Assembly: GCA_025933935.1 (NCBI GenBank)
Contig: JAICYZ010000001.1
Location: 1-62,517 of the forward strand
Source of the DNA: Chitinophagaceae bacterium
GTDB taxonomy: Bacteria; Bacteroidota; Bacteroidia; Chitinophagales; Chitinophagaceae
Direction of reading: 5' to 3'
Length of the DNA: 62,517 nucleotides
Position numbers and translations under genes: made by a program
The notes under the pieces: generated by a model
What the model saw: only the letters and a program-made list of their open reading frames with translations
Told to the model about the DNA's origin: nothing
Database searches by the model: none
In this document: piece by piece, positions 47,046-54,756 of the stretch
Numbering within the stretch: position 1 is the first letter of the stretch
Layout: each line of letters opens with the position of its first letter

Positions 47046-47298
47046 TGGAAATCGTTTGCCCGGAAAATGCCTGGGAGGATTATTTATATTGGTAAAAAAA
47101 TGATAAGCAAAAATTAAAAAGAATCAATGAGCTTATAAAAGACTGCCAACGAAATAAGTTTGAAGGTATTGGAAAACCTGAACCCTTAAAAGAAAATTTA
47201 CCAGGATTCAGGTCATGCAGAATTGATAACGAATACAGGCTTGTTTATAAATTCAGAAAAACCGGTTGTATATCATTCAATGCAGATTTCATTATTAA
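47045..47298 (+). pseudogene. yoeB: Txe/YoeB toxin, decayed (ochre stop plus late frameshift)
   Basis: MEIVCPENAWEDYLYW*KNDKQKLKRINELIKDCQRNKFEGIGKPEPLK; TAA at 47093-47095; C-terminal LYIIQCRFHY* (ending 47298) lies in a shifted frame. Confidence 0.88.
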
Positions 47299-47353
47299 AC
47301 ATATTTCAAACCAAAAATTTATTAATTTCCCGTTCCCTTGCACTTAAAATTCG

Positions 47354-49237
47354 ATGAAAAAATATATCCTGATTCTTGCTTCTCTCCTATTTATTTGCCT
47401 GGCAAATGCCCAAGAATTATTTACCACAACGAACATTCAAAACGCCTGTAAGAAAGAAACGCGCACTACAACAGGAAAACCCGGAAAAAATTATTGGCAA
47501 AACAGGGCAGATTATAATATTAAAATAATCTTTGATCCTGCAACTCAATTGCTACAAGGAAAAGAAACGATTCATTATATCAATAACAGTCCTGATACTT
47601 TAAAAGAAATTATCGTTCGTTTATATCCGGATCTTTATAAAAAAGGAGTTGAAAGATTAAGCGATATTGCGGAAAAAGATTTGAATGATGGCGTTCAAAT
47701 TGAATCTTTTAAAATGGGTACAGAAAGTATCGATAGTTTTAATAACCACAAAAAAGCGTTCTATAATAATACCAATCTGATTGTCAAACCTGCAGAAGCA
47801 ATTTTACCCCGTTCAACAATAGATTTTGCCATAAACTGGCATTACAAAGTAAATACCGGTTCACCGGTACGAACAGGAATGGTAGACAGCACTTCCTATT
47901 TTATTGCATATTTTTTCCCACGCATCGCTGTGTATGACGACATTGATGGTTGGGATACGTGGAGCTACAACGGTTCGCAGGAATTTTATAATGATTTTGG
48001 AAATTTTAATGTAGAAATTTCTCTTCCAAAAAATTATATAATTTGGGCAACCGGAGATCGGCTAAATGCAGAAGATAATTTTTCTAAAAATGTGTTGGAC
48101 AAGATGAAAATTGCGTCTCACGATACGGAAATTATACACATCATTGATTCAACAGATTATTTGAAAAATGATGTTTTAAAAAAGGATGCTACAGGTATCT
48201 GGAAATTTTCTGCAACCAATGTTACAGACTTTGCATTTGCATTAAGCGACCATTATTTGTGGGATGCGAGTTCGGTGCTCGTAGATTCTTCAACAGGCCG
48301 CAGAACGATTGCCGAAGCTGCTTACAATAAAATTCATGACGATTATTTTGACGTAGCAAACCAGGCACATCAGACTGTTTTTTACACCAGCCATTTTTAT
48401 CCAAAATATCCTTTTCCTTTTAATCACATTACCGTTTTTGATGGCACAGATCAAATGGAATATCCGATGATGGTAAATGATAATCCAACAAAAACGCATA
48501 AAGATGCGGTGCAACTCACTACGCACGAAATCTTTCATTCTTATTTTCCGTTTTTTATGGGAACAAATGAAACTCAATATGCCTGGATGGATGAAGGCTG
48601 GGCAACAATTGGAGAATCGGTAATTTCTCCAAAAATGGGTGAGCCTGAAGATGAGGGAATTTTCAGTAAAACCCGGTATGAGCGCATCTCCGGGACGAAT
48701 AAATCCGTTCCGTTAATCACCAATACAAAAGAGTATAGCGGTGACGCATACCTTGCAAATTCCTACGGAAAAGGCGGCTTGTGTTACTACGTGTTGCAGG
48801 ATTTGTTGGGCGATGAATTATATTTTAAATCATTGCATCAATACATGAATGACTGGAATGGAAAACATCCTACTCCTTATGATTTCTTTTATAGTTTTAA
48901 TAATGCAAGCGGCAAAGATTTAAACTGGTTTTGGCAAAAATGGTTTTTTGGCTGGGCATATCCTGATCTATCCATAAAAAAAGTTGAAAAAAGTGGAGAT
49001 GATGTAAAAATAATTATCCAAAATAAAGGCGGATTGCCATTACCGGTTTATCTGAATATTAATTTAAAAAACGGCAATCATGTAATCATAAAATACACTG
49101 CGCAAGTTTGGAAAAATGGAGAAAAAGAAAAAACGTTTATGGTTCCTCAAACTTACTTCTCGATTTCAAAAATTAAATTAGGAAATGAATTTATTCCCGA
49201 TAAATATGAAAACAATAATCGCTGGAATGCCCGTTAA
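47354..49237 (+). CDS. M1-family zinc metallopeptidase, secreted
   Basis: Signal peptide, PG..YWQN.ADY, MEYPM, HEIFH...WMDEG, Y.KG. Confidence 0.92.
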   Translation: MKKYILILASLLFICLANAQELFTTTNIQNACKKETRTTTGKPGKNYWQNRADYNIKIIFDPATQLLQGKETIHYINNSPDTLKEIIVRLYPDLYKKGVERLSDIAEKDLNDGVQIESFKMGTESIDSFNNHKKAFYNNTNLIVKPAEAILPRSTIDFAINWHYKVNTGSPVRTGMVDSTSYFIAYFFPRIAVYDDIDGWDTWSYNGSQEFYNDFGNFNVEISLPKNYIIWATGDRLNAEDNFSKNVLDKMKIASHDTEIIHIIDSTDYLKNDVLKKDATGIWKFSATNVTDFAFALSDHYLWDASSVLVDSSTGRRTIAEAAYNKIHDDYFDVANQAHQTVFYTSHFYPKYPFPFNHITVFDGTDQMEYPMMVNDNPTKTHKDAVQLTTHEIFHSYFPFFMGTNETQYAWMDEGWATIGESVISPKMGEPEDEGIFSKTRYERISGTNKSVPLITNTKEYSGDAYLANSYGKGGLCYYVLQDLLGDELYFKSLHQYMNDWNGKHPTPYDFFYSFNNASGKDLNWFWQKWFFGWAYPDLSIKKVEKSGDDVKIIIQNKGGLPLPVYLNINLKNGNHVIIKYTAQVWKNGEKEKTFMVPQTYFSISKIKLGNEFIPDKYENNNRWNAR

Positions 49238-49316
49238 AAAAGAGAAAATCGACTTTATAAATTAGAACATCAGAAACAGAAATTCCGTTTGTTTGTATGA
49301 TTACTGGTTTAAAAAC

Positions 49317-49341
49317 AAAAAAACCGGCGTTTGCCGGTCTT
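49317..49341 (-). terminator. Intrinsic terminator of the 49362-50402 gene
   Basis: ACCGGC-aaac-GCCGGT followed by a T run on the minus strand. Confidence 0.7.
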
Positions 49342-49361
49342 AATTTTATTGTTTCTCAATT

Positions 49362-50402
49362 TTATTTTCCTATTACTTTATATTGAACCACACCGTTGTC
49401 TGATTCCTGTTCCAGGTAAACATTATCCGGTGTTTGGTACACTTGCTCTCCATTCAATGTTACTATTTTTGAACCTTGCGGCAATTGATTTATTACATCA
49501 CCAATTTGTAAAGATGAAGGAGGATTTGTCACACTGCTCTGATCATCACCCGTATTGTTGATGACGCCATTTTTTCCTACAACGATAAAAACATCATTGC
49601 CATTTGAATCTCTGTCTGCCTTATAGTAAGTTCCATTCAATTCATACAATTTCTCACCGTTTACCACTACAGACCGCGCGCCGCCAGGCAATGAGGAAAC
49701 TGTCGCTCCCATTGGTGCATCTACTACCTGGTAGCTGTCATCATATTGACGGTAATAAATTCCATTATAATAATAATAAGGAATGGGGCCGATGAATATA
49801 GTTGAATATCCAAAAGGAAGAACACCGATTTGTAAGCCAAATGGTGGGAATATTGGCTGATAATAGCCACCATAATATCCATAATAAAAACCGTTGTTGT
49901 AATAATAAGGATAGCCCCCAAAGCGGATGGAAATAAAGCTATGTGGAATTACCCTATATCTGGGACCGTACATAAAATAGGTTCTGTGTCCGTATACGTT
50001 TCCGTAGTAATGATTGTTATAACCATAATTATTGTAGTGATAACTGCCATAGTTATAATTGTTGCGCATCACGGGAGTTTGCCTGCTATAACTATTTCTT
50101 GATACAACTTCTCTTTGAGTATTATATACAGGTGTATTCCGTTGAGGTGACGTTCTCATCGTCATGTTGCGGGAAGGTGTGTTTCGCATGACAGTTTCAT
50201 TCTGCCGACTTGGTGTCGTACGATTTTCAAAACTCCTGACTGGTGCCGATCTTGTGGAGTATTGGCGAGTAGGTGCAGAATAACTGCCGGATTCAGAACG
50301 CGAAGGACTTTGCCGCGATTCCCTGGTTCTTTGCGCATCAGCGCAATTAAATATTGCAACTGAAAATGTGGTCAATAAAAATATCTGAAGAATCTTTTTC
50401 AT
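49362..50402 (-). CDS. Secreted low-complexity/repeat protein, DUF6515-like
   Basis: Signal peptide, Arg/Ser/Pro/Thr-rich stretch, Tyr/Asn/Gly-rich stretch, four LP.G......G..YY..NG.YY-type repeats. Confidence 0.75.
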   Translation of the reverse strand: MKKILQIFLLTTFSVAIFNCADAQRTRESRQSPSRSESGSYSAPTRQYSTRSAPVRSFENRTTPSRQNETVMRNTPSRNMTMRTSPQRNTPVYNTQREVVSRNSYSRQTPVMRNNYNYGSYHYNNYGYNNHYYGNVYGHRTYFMYGPRYRVIPHSFISIRFGGYPYYYNNGFYYGYYGGYYQPIFPPFGLQIGVLPFGYSTIFIGPIPYYYYNGIYYRQYDDSYQVVDAPMGATVSSLPGGARSVVVNGEKLYELNGTYYKADRDSNGNDVFIVVGKNGVINNTGDDQSSVTNPPSSLQIGDVINQLPQGSKIVTLNGEQVYQTPDNVYLEQESDNGVVQYKVIGK

Positions 50403-50505
50403 AAATGAATCTTTAAATTTTAAATGAAACGTTTACCAAATTTAATTTAATTATTAGCATTTGTTTAATTTTCGCTTGTTAAATAATCGCCTATAATTAT
50501 TCTCT

Positions 50506-50533
50506 TTCGACAAGTTTTTTTCAAAAAAGTTTA
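50506..50533 (-). promoter_or_regulatory. Possible ECF-sigma promoter
   Basis: Minus strand TAAAC-N17-GTCGAA, about 100 nt upstream of the 50402 ATG. Confidence 0.35.
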
Positions 50534-50770
50534 ATTGCAAATTTCTTTTCTTAATAAAATATTTTCCTTTAAAAATGCTGTGATCAGGAAGAAGCTTTTT
50601 TTAAAAAATTTATTTCTTTTTCTAAAAAAGAGTTTGAAAAACAAAAAATCAGCAGGATAAAAAAAGAGCAAAATTATCGTTTAACTTTTTATTTTTTTGC
50701 TACTTAAAATGCTATTAGTGAATGTACAATAAATAAACAATAATTAGATAAAAAATGTACAAAACCGTAG

Positions 50771-50786
50771 TGGCATCAAAATTGCA
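50771..50786 (+). promoter_or_regulatory. Sigma-54 (-24/-12) promoter
   Basis: TGGCATCAAAATTGCA fits TGGCA-N6-TTGC with exact GG-N10-GC spacing, 44 nt before the ATG at 50831. Confidence 0.75.
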
Positions 50787-50830
50787 ATTACTACCGAACA
50801 ATTATTTCTTTAACCCCTAAATTGATCTTT

Positions 50831-51322
50831 ATGAAAACAAAAACGATGGCAATGTCCCTGGCGTTAACTTTTTTTGGAACGGCACTGTTTGCACAAAATA
50901 AAACAGACACAGTTCCACAACAGCCTCCAAAAACGGATACCGCTCAAACTCCAAAAACCGATACTACAAAAGCAAGTGCTTTTGTTATGAAAAGTACGAA
51001 CTTCAGAAGTTTCCCGAATGTAACGGATACAGTGCCTGAGCAAACTCCGAAATCGGATACAACCCGGAAAACTGACACTTCAAAAGCAACCGCGATTGCT
51101 ACCAGTAGAGTAAACATCAGAAGTTTTTCTGCAGTAGCGTTGGATACCGTACCTCAAACTCCGAAGAAGGATACAACTCAAAAAACGGATACTACACAGG
51201 CAAGTGCTTTAGTCAATAAAAATTCAAAGAAGGATCGTATCAACGAAAATGAAGCATGGATCAATGAACAAACATCTGTTGCTTACGTTTCCTCAAAGAA
51301 AAAGATGAAAAAACTGAATTAA
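50831..51322 (+). CDS. Secreted Thr/Lys/Pro-rich protein with three ~39-aa repeats
   Basis: Signal peptide ...ALFA|Q; DTVP.Q.PK.DT..K.DT..A.A repeated three times. Confidence 0.8.
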   Translation: MKTKTMAMSLALTFFGTALFAQNKTDTVPQQPPKTDTAQTPKTDTTKASAFVMKSTNFRSFPNVTDTVPEQTPKSDTTRKTDTSKATAIATSRVNIRSFSAVALDTVPQTPKKDTTQKTDTTQASALVNKNSKKDRINENEAWINEQTSVAYVSSKKKMKKLN

Positions 51323-51339
51323 TACTAATTCGATTATTG

Positions 51340-51374
51340 TAAAATAGCCACTCATTTTTTGAGTGGCTATTTTA
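51340..51374 (+). terminator. Strong intrinsic terminator
   Basis: AAAATAGCCACTCA-ttttt-TGAGTGGCTATTTT perfect 14-bp stem. Confidence 0.85.
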
Positions 51375-51473
51375 TTTAAAAAATTTCTTTATTTTTTTAT
51401 AAATCTTCAAGACCGTGGGCTTTTGAATTATTATGAAACAAATACCTTTGATTCTTTTAAAAAACGAAAAAGC

Positions 51474-52295
51474 ATGACCGAGTATTTAAAGCAACTTTTT
51501 GCAAATCAGAAATATGATGCCAACAATTTTTTTCTAATTGCCGGCCCTTGCGTGGTGGAAAGTGAAGAATTAATCTTTGAAGTAGCAGAAAAAGTTTCAG
51601 TCATTTGCAAAAATTTACAGATCCCATACATTTTTAAATCATCATACAGGAAAGCAAATCGAACAAGCGCCTCTTCTTTTACCGGTTTGGGAGATGAAAC
51701 TGCTTTGCAAATGATTGCCAAGGTTGGTAGTCATTTCGGGTTACCAACAATTAGCGATATTCATGCTCATGAAGAAGCGGCAATGGCGGCAAAATATGTT
51801 GACGTGTTGCAAATCCCCGCTTTTCTTTGCAGGCAAACTGATCTTCTAATTGCAGCAGCTCAAACAGGGAAAATTGTCAATGTCAAAAAAGGACAATTTG
51901 TAAATGGTGAGTCAATGAAATTTGCTGTTGAAAAAATTCAAAAAGCCGGTAATGAAAAAATAATGCTTACAGATAGGGGAAATACTTACGGCTATAATGA
52001 TCTGATTGTCGATTACAGAAATATTCCGGTCATGAAAAGTCATCAGGTACCGGTCATTATGGATTGCACCCACAGCTTGCAAAAACCCAATCAATCTGGT
52101 GGAGTAACCGGTGGTGATCCACAAATGATAGAAACGATTGCTAAAGCCGCAATAGCAGTAGGTGCTGATGGTTTATTTATTGAAACACATCCAAATCCTG
52201 GAGTTGCAAAAAGTGATGGTGCAAATATGTTGAGGCTAGATCTATTGGAGGATCTTCTTTTAAAATTAATAAAAATCAGGAAAGCGGTTTCATAA
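51474..52295 (+). CDS. kdsA: KDO-8-phosphate synthase
   Basis: IAGPCVVE, KSSY.KANRTS, QIPAFLCRQTDL, NVKKGQF, DCTHSLQ, F.ETHP.P..AKSDG; TACCTTTG box at 51443-51450. Confidence 0.96.
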   Translation: MTEYLKQLFANQKYDANNFFLIAGPCVVESEELIFEVAEKVSVICKNLQIPYIFKSSYRKANRTSASSFTGLGDETALQMIAKVGSHFGLPTISDIHAHEEAAMAAKYVDVLQIPAFLCRQTDLLIAAAQTGKIVNVKKGQFVNGESMKFAVEKIQKAGNEKIMLTDRGNTYGYNDLIVDYRNIPVMKSHQVPVIMDCTHSLQKPNQSGGVTGGDPQMIETIAKAAIAVGADGLFIETHPNPGVAKSDGANMLRLDLLEDLLLKLIKIRKAVS

Positions 52296-52384
52296 AATAA
52301 ATATTAAAAGGCAAGGATTATAAAATTCTATTCCAAAATTTTTCCTGTCGGCAAACAGACAAATAATTCGAATCTCTATTTTCC

Positions 52385-53062
52385 TTAATTCTTTATATAA
52401 ACGACACTTCCGCACGAATCAGGAATTGGTATAAATGAAATTTGTTGTTCTTCAGAAAATTGTTCAACGGCTTTTGCAGCACCTTTATAACAATCATTAT
52501 TTACATCATGTACAAAAATATATCCCCCTTTTTCCATTCTTGGATAAAAATAAACGAGCCCCTGGTAAATCGGTTCATAAAGATCAGTATCAAGGCTCAC
52601 GAAAACGAATGAATCGTCAATACCAGCAGCAGTATCAGGGAAAAAACCTTTTTTGATAATACATTGTTTCGGAAAAGGCATATTTTTTAAAACCTGATCC
52701 GCAGACGTATCAGAAAAATCCTGATTCGCATCATTCAGGCCCAGCTTTTTTTCGGTCTGAATATCTTTTTCATTAAATCCTTCAAAAGTATCAAAGAGAT
52801 AAAGCTTTTTTGAAGGGAAATATTGATTGATATATTTTGCAAATTTCCCTTTGTAAACGCCCACTTCCGCTACATTACCAGGCAGATTTTTTTTTTGAAT
52901 CTCGTTAGCGACCAATTCCAAAGTTGCTAACCGAATGTAATCGAGGTAATTAATATCGACGTCACGTTTTCTGTGGGAGTATTTGAGAGAATAATTTAGA
53001 TGTGCATGTTGAGATAATAACCATCTGCCAAATAAATAATTAAATGCTTTTATCAGAAACAT
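52385..53062 (-). CDS. TylF/MycF/NovP-family sugar O-methyltransferase
   Basis: G.VAEVGVYKG, LFDTFEGF, KGFFPDT, FVSLDTDLY, GGYIFVHD. Confidence 0.85.
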   Translation of the reverse strand: MFLIKAFNYLFGRWLLSQHAHLNYSLKYSHRKRDVDINYLDYIRLATLELVANEIQKKNLPGNVAEVGVYKGKFAKYINQYFPSKKLYLFDTFEGFNEKDIQTEKKLGLNDANQDFSDTSADQVLKNMPFPKQCIIKKGFFPDTAAGIDDSFVFVSLDTDLYEPIYQGLVYFYPRMEKGGYIFVHDVNNDCYKGAAKAVEQFSEEQQISFIPIPDSCGSVVYIKN

Positions 53063-53294
53063 GATTTAGTGAATTGGATATAATTAAATATTTTTTTTCG
53101 TTGATCCTATAAAATAAGATGTTTCTAAACATTTACAAGTGTTAAAACTGAGCAACTTATCACATATGATAAACGCAGAATCAACGAAAAAAAACTTTCT
53201 CAAGCGTTAAAGCAACCATTTCCGCCTTAAATTCGACTTATAAACAGTTCCTCTGATTTAAGTTTTAAGATTAAATGGTTAAGGTTTTAATTGT

Positions 53295-53322
53295 CCGGGC
53301 CACATTTAGATTTGTAGCCCGG
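53295..53322. terminator. Hairpin downstream of the 53327-54601 gene
   Basis: CCGGGCcACA...TGTaGCCCGG. Confidence 0.5.
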
Positions 53323-53326
53323 TTTT

Positions 53327-54601
53327 TTATGCAGTTTGTTTGAGATAGGCAGCTTCCGACATATCCGGAATATCTTCTGCCTGGTATTCTCCGGCATCCA
53401 GTTTCTTCTTAGTCTCTTCAAATGCTTTTAAAGTAATATCTACATCTTCATCTGTATGTGCGGCAGTAGGGATAATTCTAAAGATAATTTCTCCTTTAGG
53501 AATTACCGGGTACACAACAACCGAACAAAAAATATGATAATTTTCGCGAATATCCATCACCATGTTGGTAGCTTCTGGCAAACCTCCTTTCATGTAGATT
53601 GGCGTAACCGGGCTGTTTGTGGTACCAATGTCAAAGCCTTTATCTTTTAAGCCTCTCTGAAGACGGTTTACAATATGCCATAATTTTTCTCTTAATTCAG
53701 GCATGGTTTTCAACATTTGCATCCGCGTCAACATGCCATCAACAACAATCAATGGAAGACTTTTTGCAAAAATCTGTGAGCGAACATTGTAGCGCAGGTA
53801 ATCAATAATATCCTTCGGTCCGCTGATAAATGCACCAATACTTCCCATACTTTTTACAAATGTGCTGAAATATAAATCGACATTTTTCTGACATCCCTGC
53901 GCTTCGTCAGCGCCCGCGCCTGTCGGTCCCATTGAACCAAATCCATGAGCATCATCGATTAATATTCTGAAAGGATACTTTTCTTTTAATGAAACAATTT
54001 CTTTTATTTTTCCCTGGTTTCCACTCATCCCAAACACACCTTCAGTTATCAAAAGAATTCCGCCACCAGTCTTATCTGCCATTGCCACGGCGCGTTGCAA
54101 TTGTTTTTCACAATCGTCAACGTCATTGTGTTTATATTTATAACTATAACCCATATGCAGTCTCACACCGTCAACAAGACATGCATGCGCTTCTCCGTCA
54201 TAAACAATTACATCATGGCGGTTTACAAGTGCATCAATGCAACTCATCACGCCCTGATAACCAAAATTGAGCAACATCGCATCTTCCCGGCTCACAAATT
54301 CTGCCAGCACTTTTTCCAGTTCTTCGTGCAATTCTGTATTTCCACTCATCATTCTTGAACCCATTGGATTTCCCATACCCCATTTTTCTGCTGCCACGGC
54401 GTCTATTTCCCTTGTTTCCGGCCGATTTACCAATCCTAAATAATTATTTAAACTCCAAACTATTTTTTCTTTGCCTCGAAATATCATCCTGTTTCCCAAT
54501 TCGCCTTCTAATTTTGGAAATGCAAAATAACCATGTGCTCTTTTAAGGTGTGTGCCTAGTGGACCCGCATCTTTCTTCATCTTTTCAAAAAGGTCTTTCA
54601 T
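53327..54601 (-). CDS. Alpha-oxoamine synthase (PLP), most like cysteate-C-fatty acyltransferase (SulA/CapB type, sulfonolipid synthesis)
   Basis: NNYLGL, GSRMMSG, HAC.VDG, EGVFGM.G, DDAHG, STF.KS; N-terminal HGYFAFPKLEG and RSQIFAKSLP resemble cysteate acyltransferases as recalled. Confidence 0.72.
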   Translation of the reverse strand: MKDLFEKMKKDAGPLGTHLKRAHGYFAFPKLEGELGNRMIFRGKEKIVWSLNNYLGLVNRPETREIDAVAAEKWGMGNPMGSRMMSGNTELHEELEKVLAEFVSREDAMLLNFGYQGVMSCIDALVNRHDVIVYDGEAHACLVDGVRLHMGYSYKYKHNDVDDCEKQLQRAVAMADKTGGGILLITEGVFGMSGNQGKIKEIVSLKEKYPFRILIDDAHGFGSMGPTGAGADEAQGCQKNVDLYFSTFVKSMGSIGAFISGPKDIIDYLRYNVRSQIFAKSLPLIVVDGMLTRMQMLKTMPELREKLWHIVNRLQRGLKDKGFDIGTTNSPVTPIYMKGGLPEATNMVMDIRENYHIFCSVVVYPVIPKGEIIFRIIPTAAHTDEDVDITLKAFEETKKKLDAGEYQAEDIPDMSEAAYLKQTA

Positions 54602-54756
54602 GTAATTTATTTATGTGTTTATAATTGTGCGCAAAAGTACAATATAGAGATTAGATAAGTATATGATTTGTTGAAGATCCGCCGCCTTTTGGCAATTTTT
54701 TCTTACGATTTTTTTTCCCTTTAACATATAAAGGTATCTTTAGCCGCAAAAACGTT

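Noticed and set aside
50890-51210. DNA repeats as a CRISPR array
   Set aside because: The repeats are degenerate, in frame and vary at synonymous positions, so they are protein-level repeats; no cas genes are present
51363-51473. N-terminal extension of KdsA in the ORF track (likewise for SucC, MutS, Fmt and the 16736 start)
   Set aside because: The extensions run through terminators, promoter boxes or upstream genes; downstream ATGs match the family starts
53327-54601. Annotation as serine palmitoyltransferase or BioF
   Set aside because: The FAKSLP lysine and N-terminal FPKLEG pattern fit cysteate acyltransferases better; not fully excluded without a phylogeny
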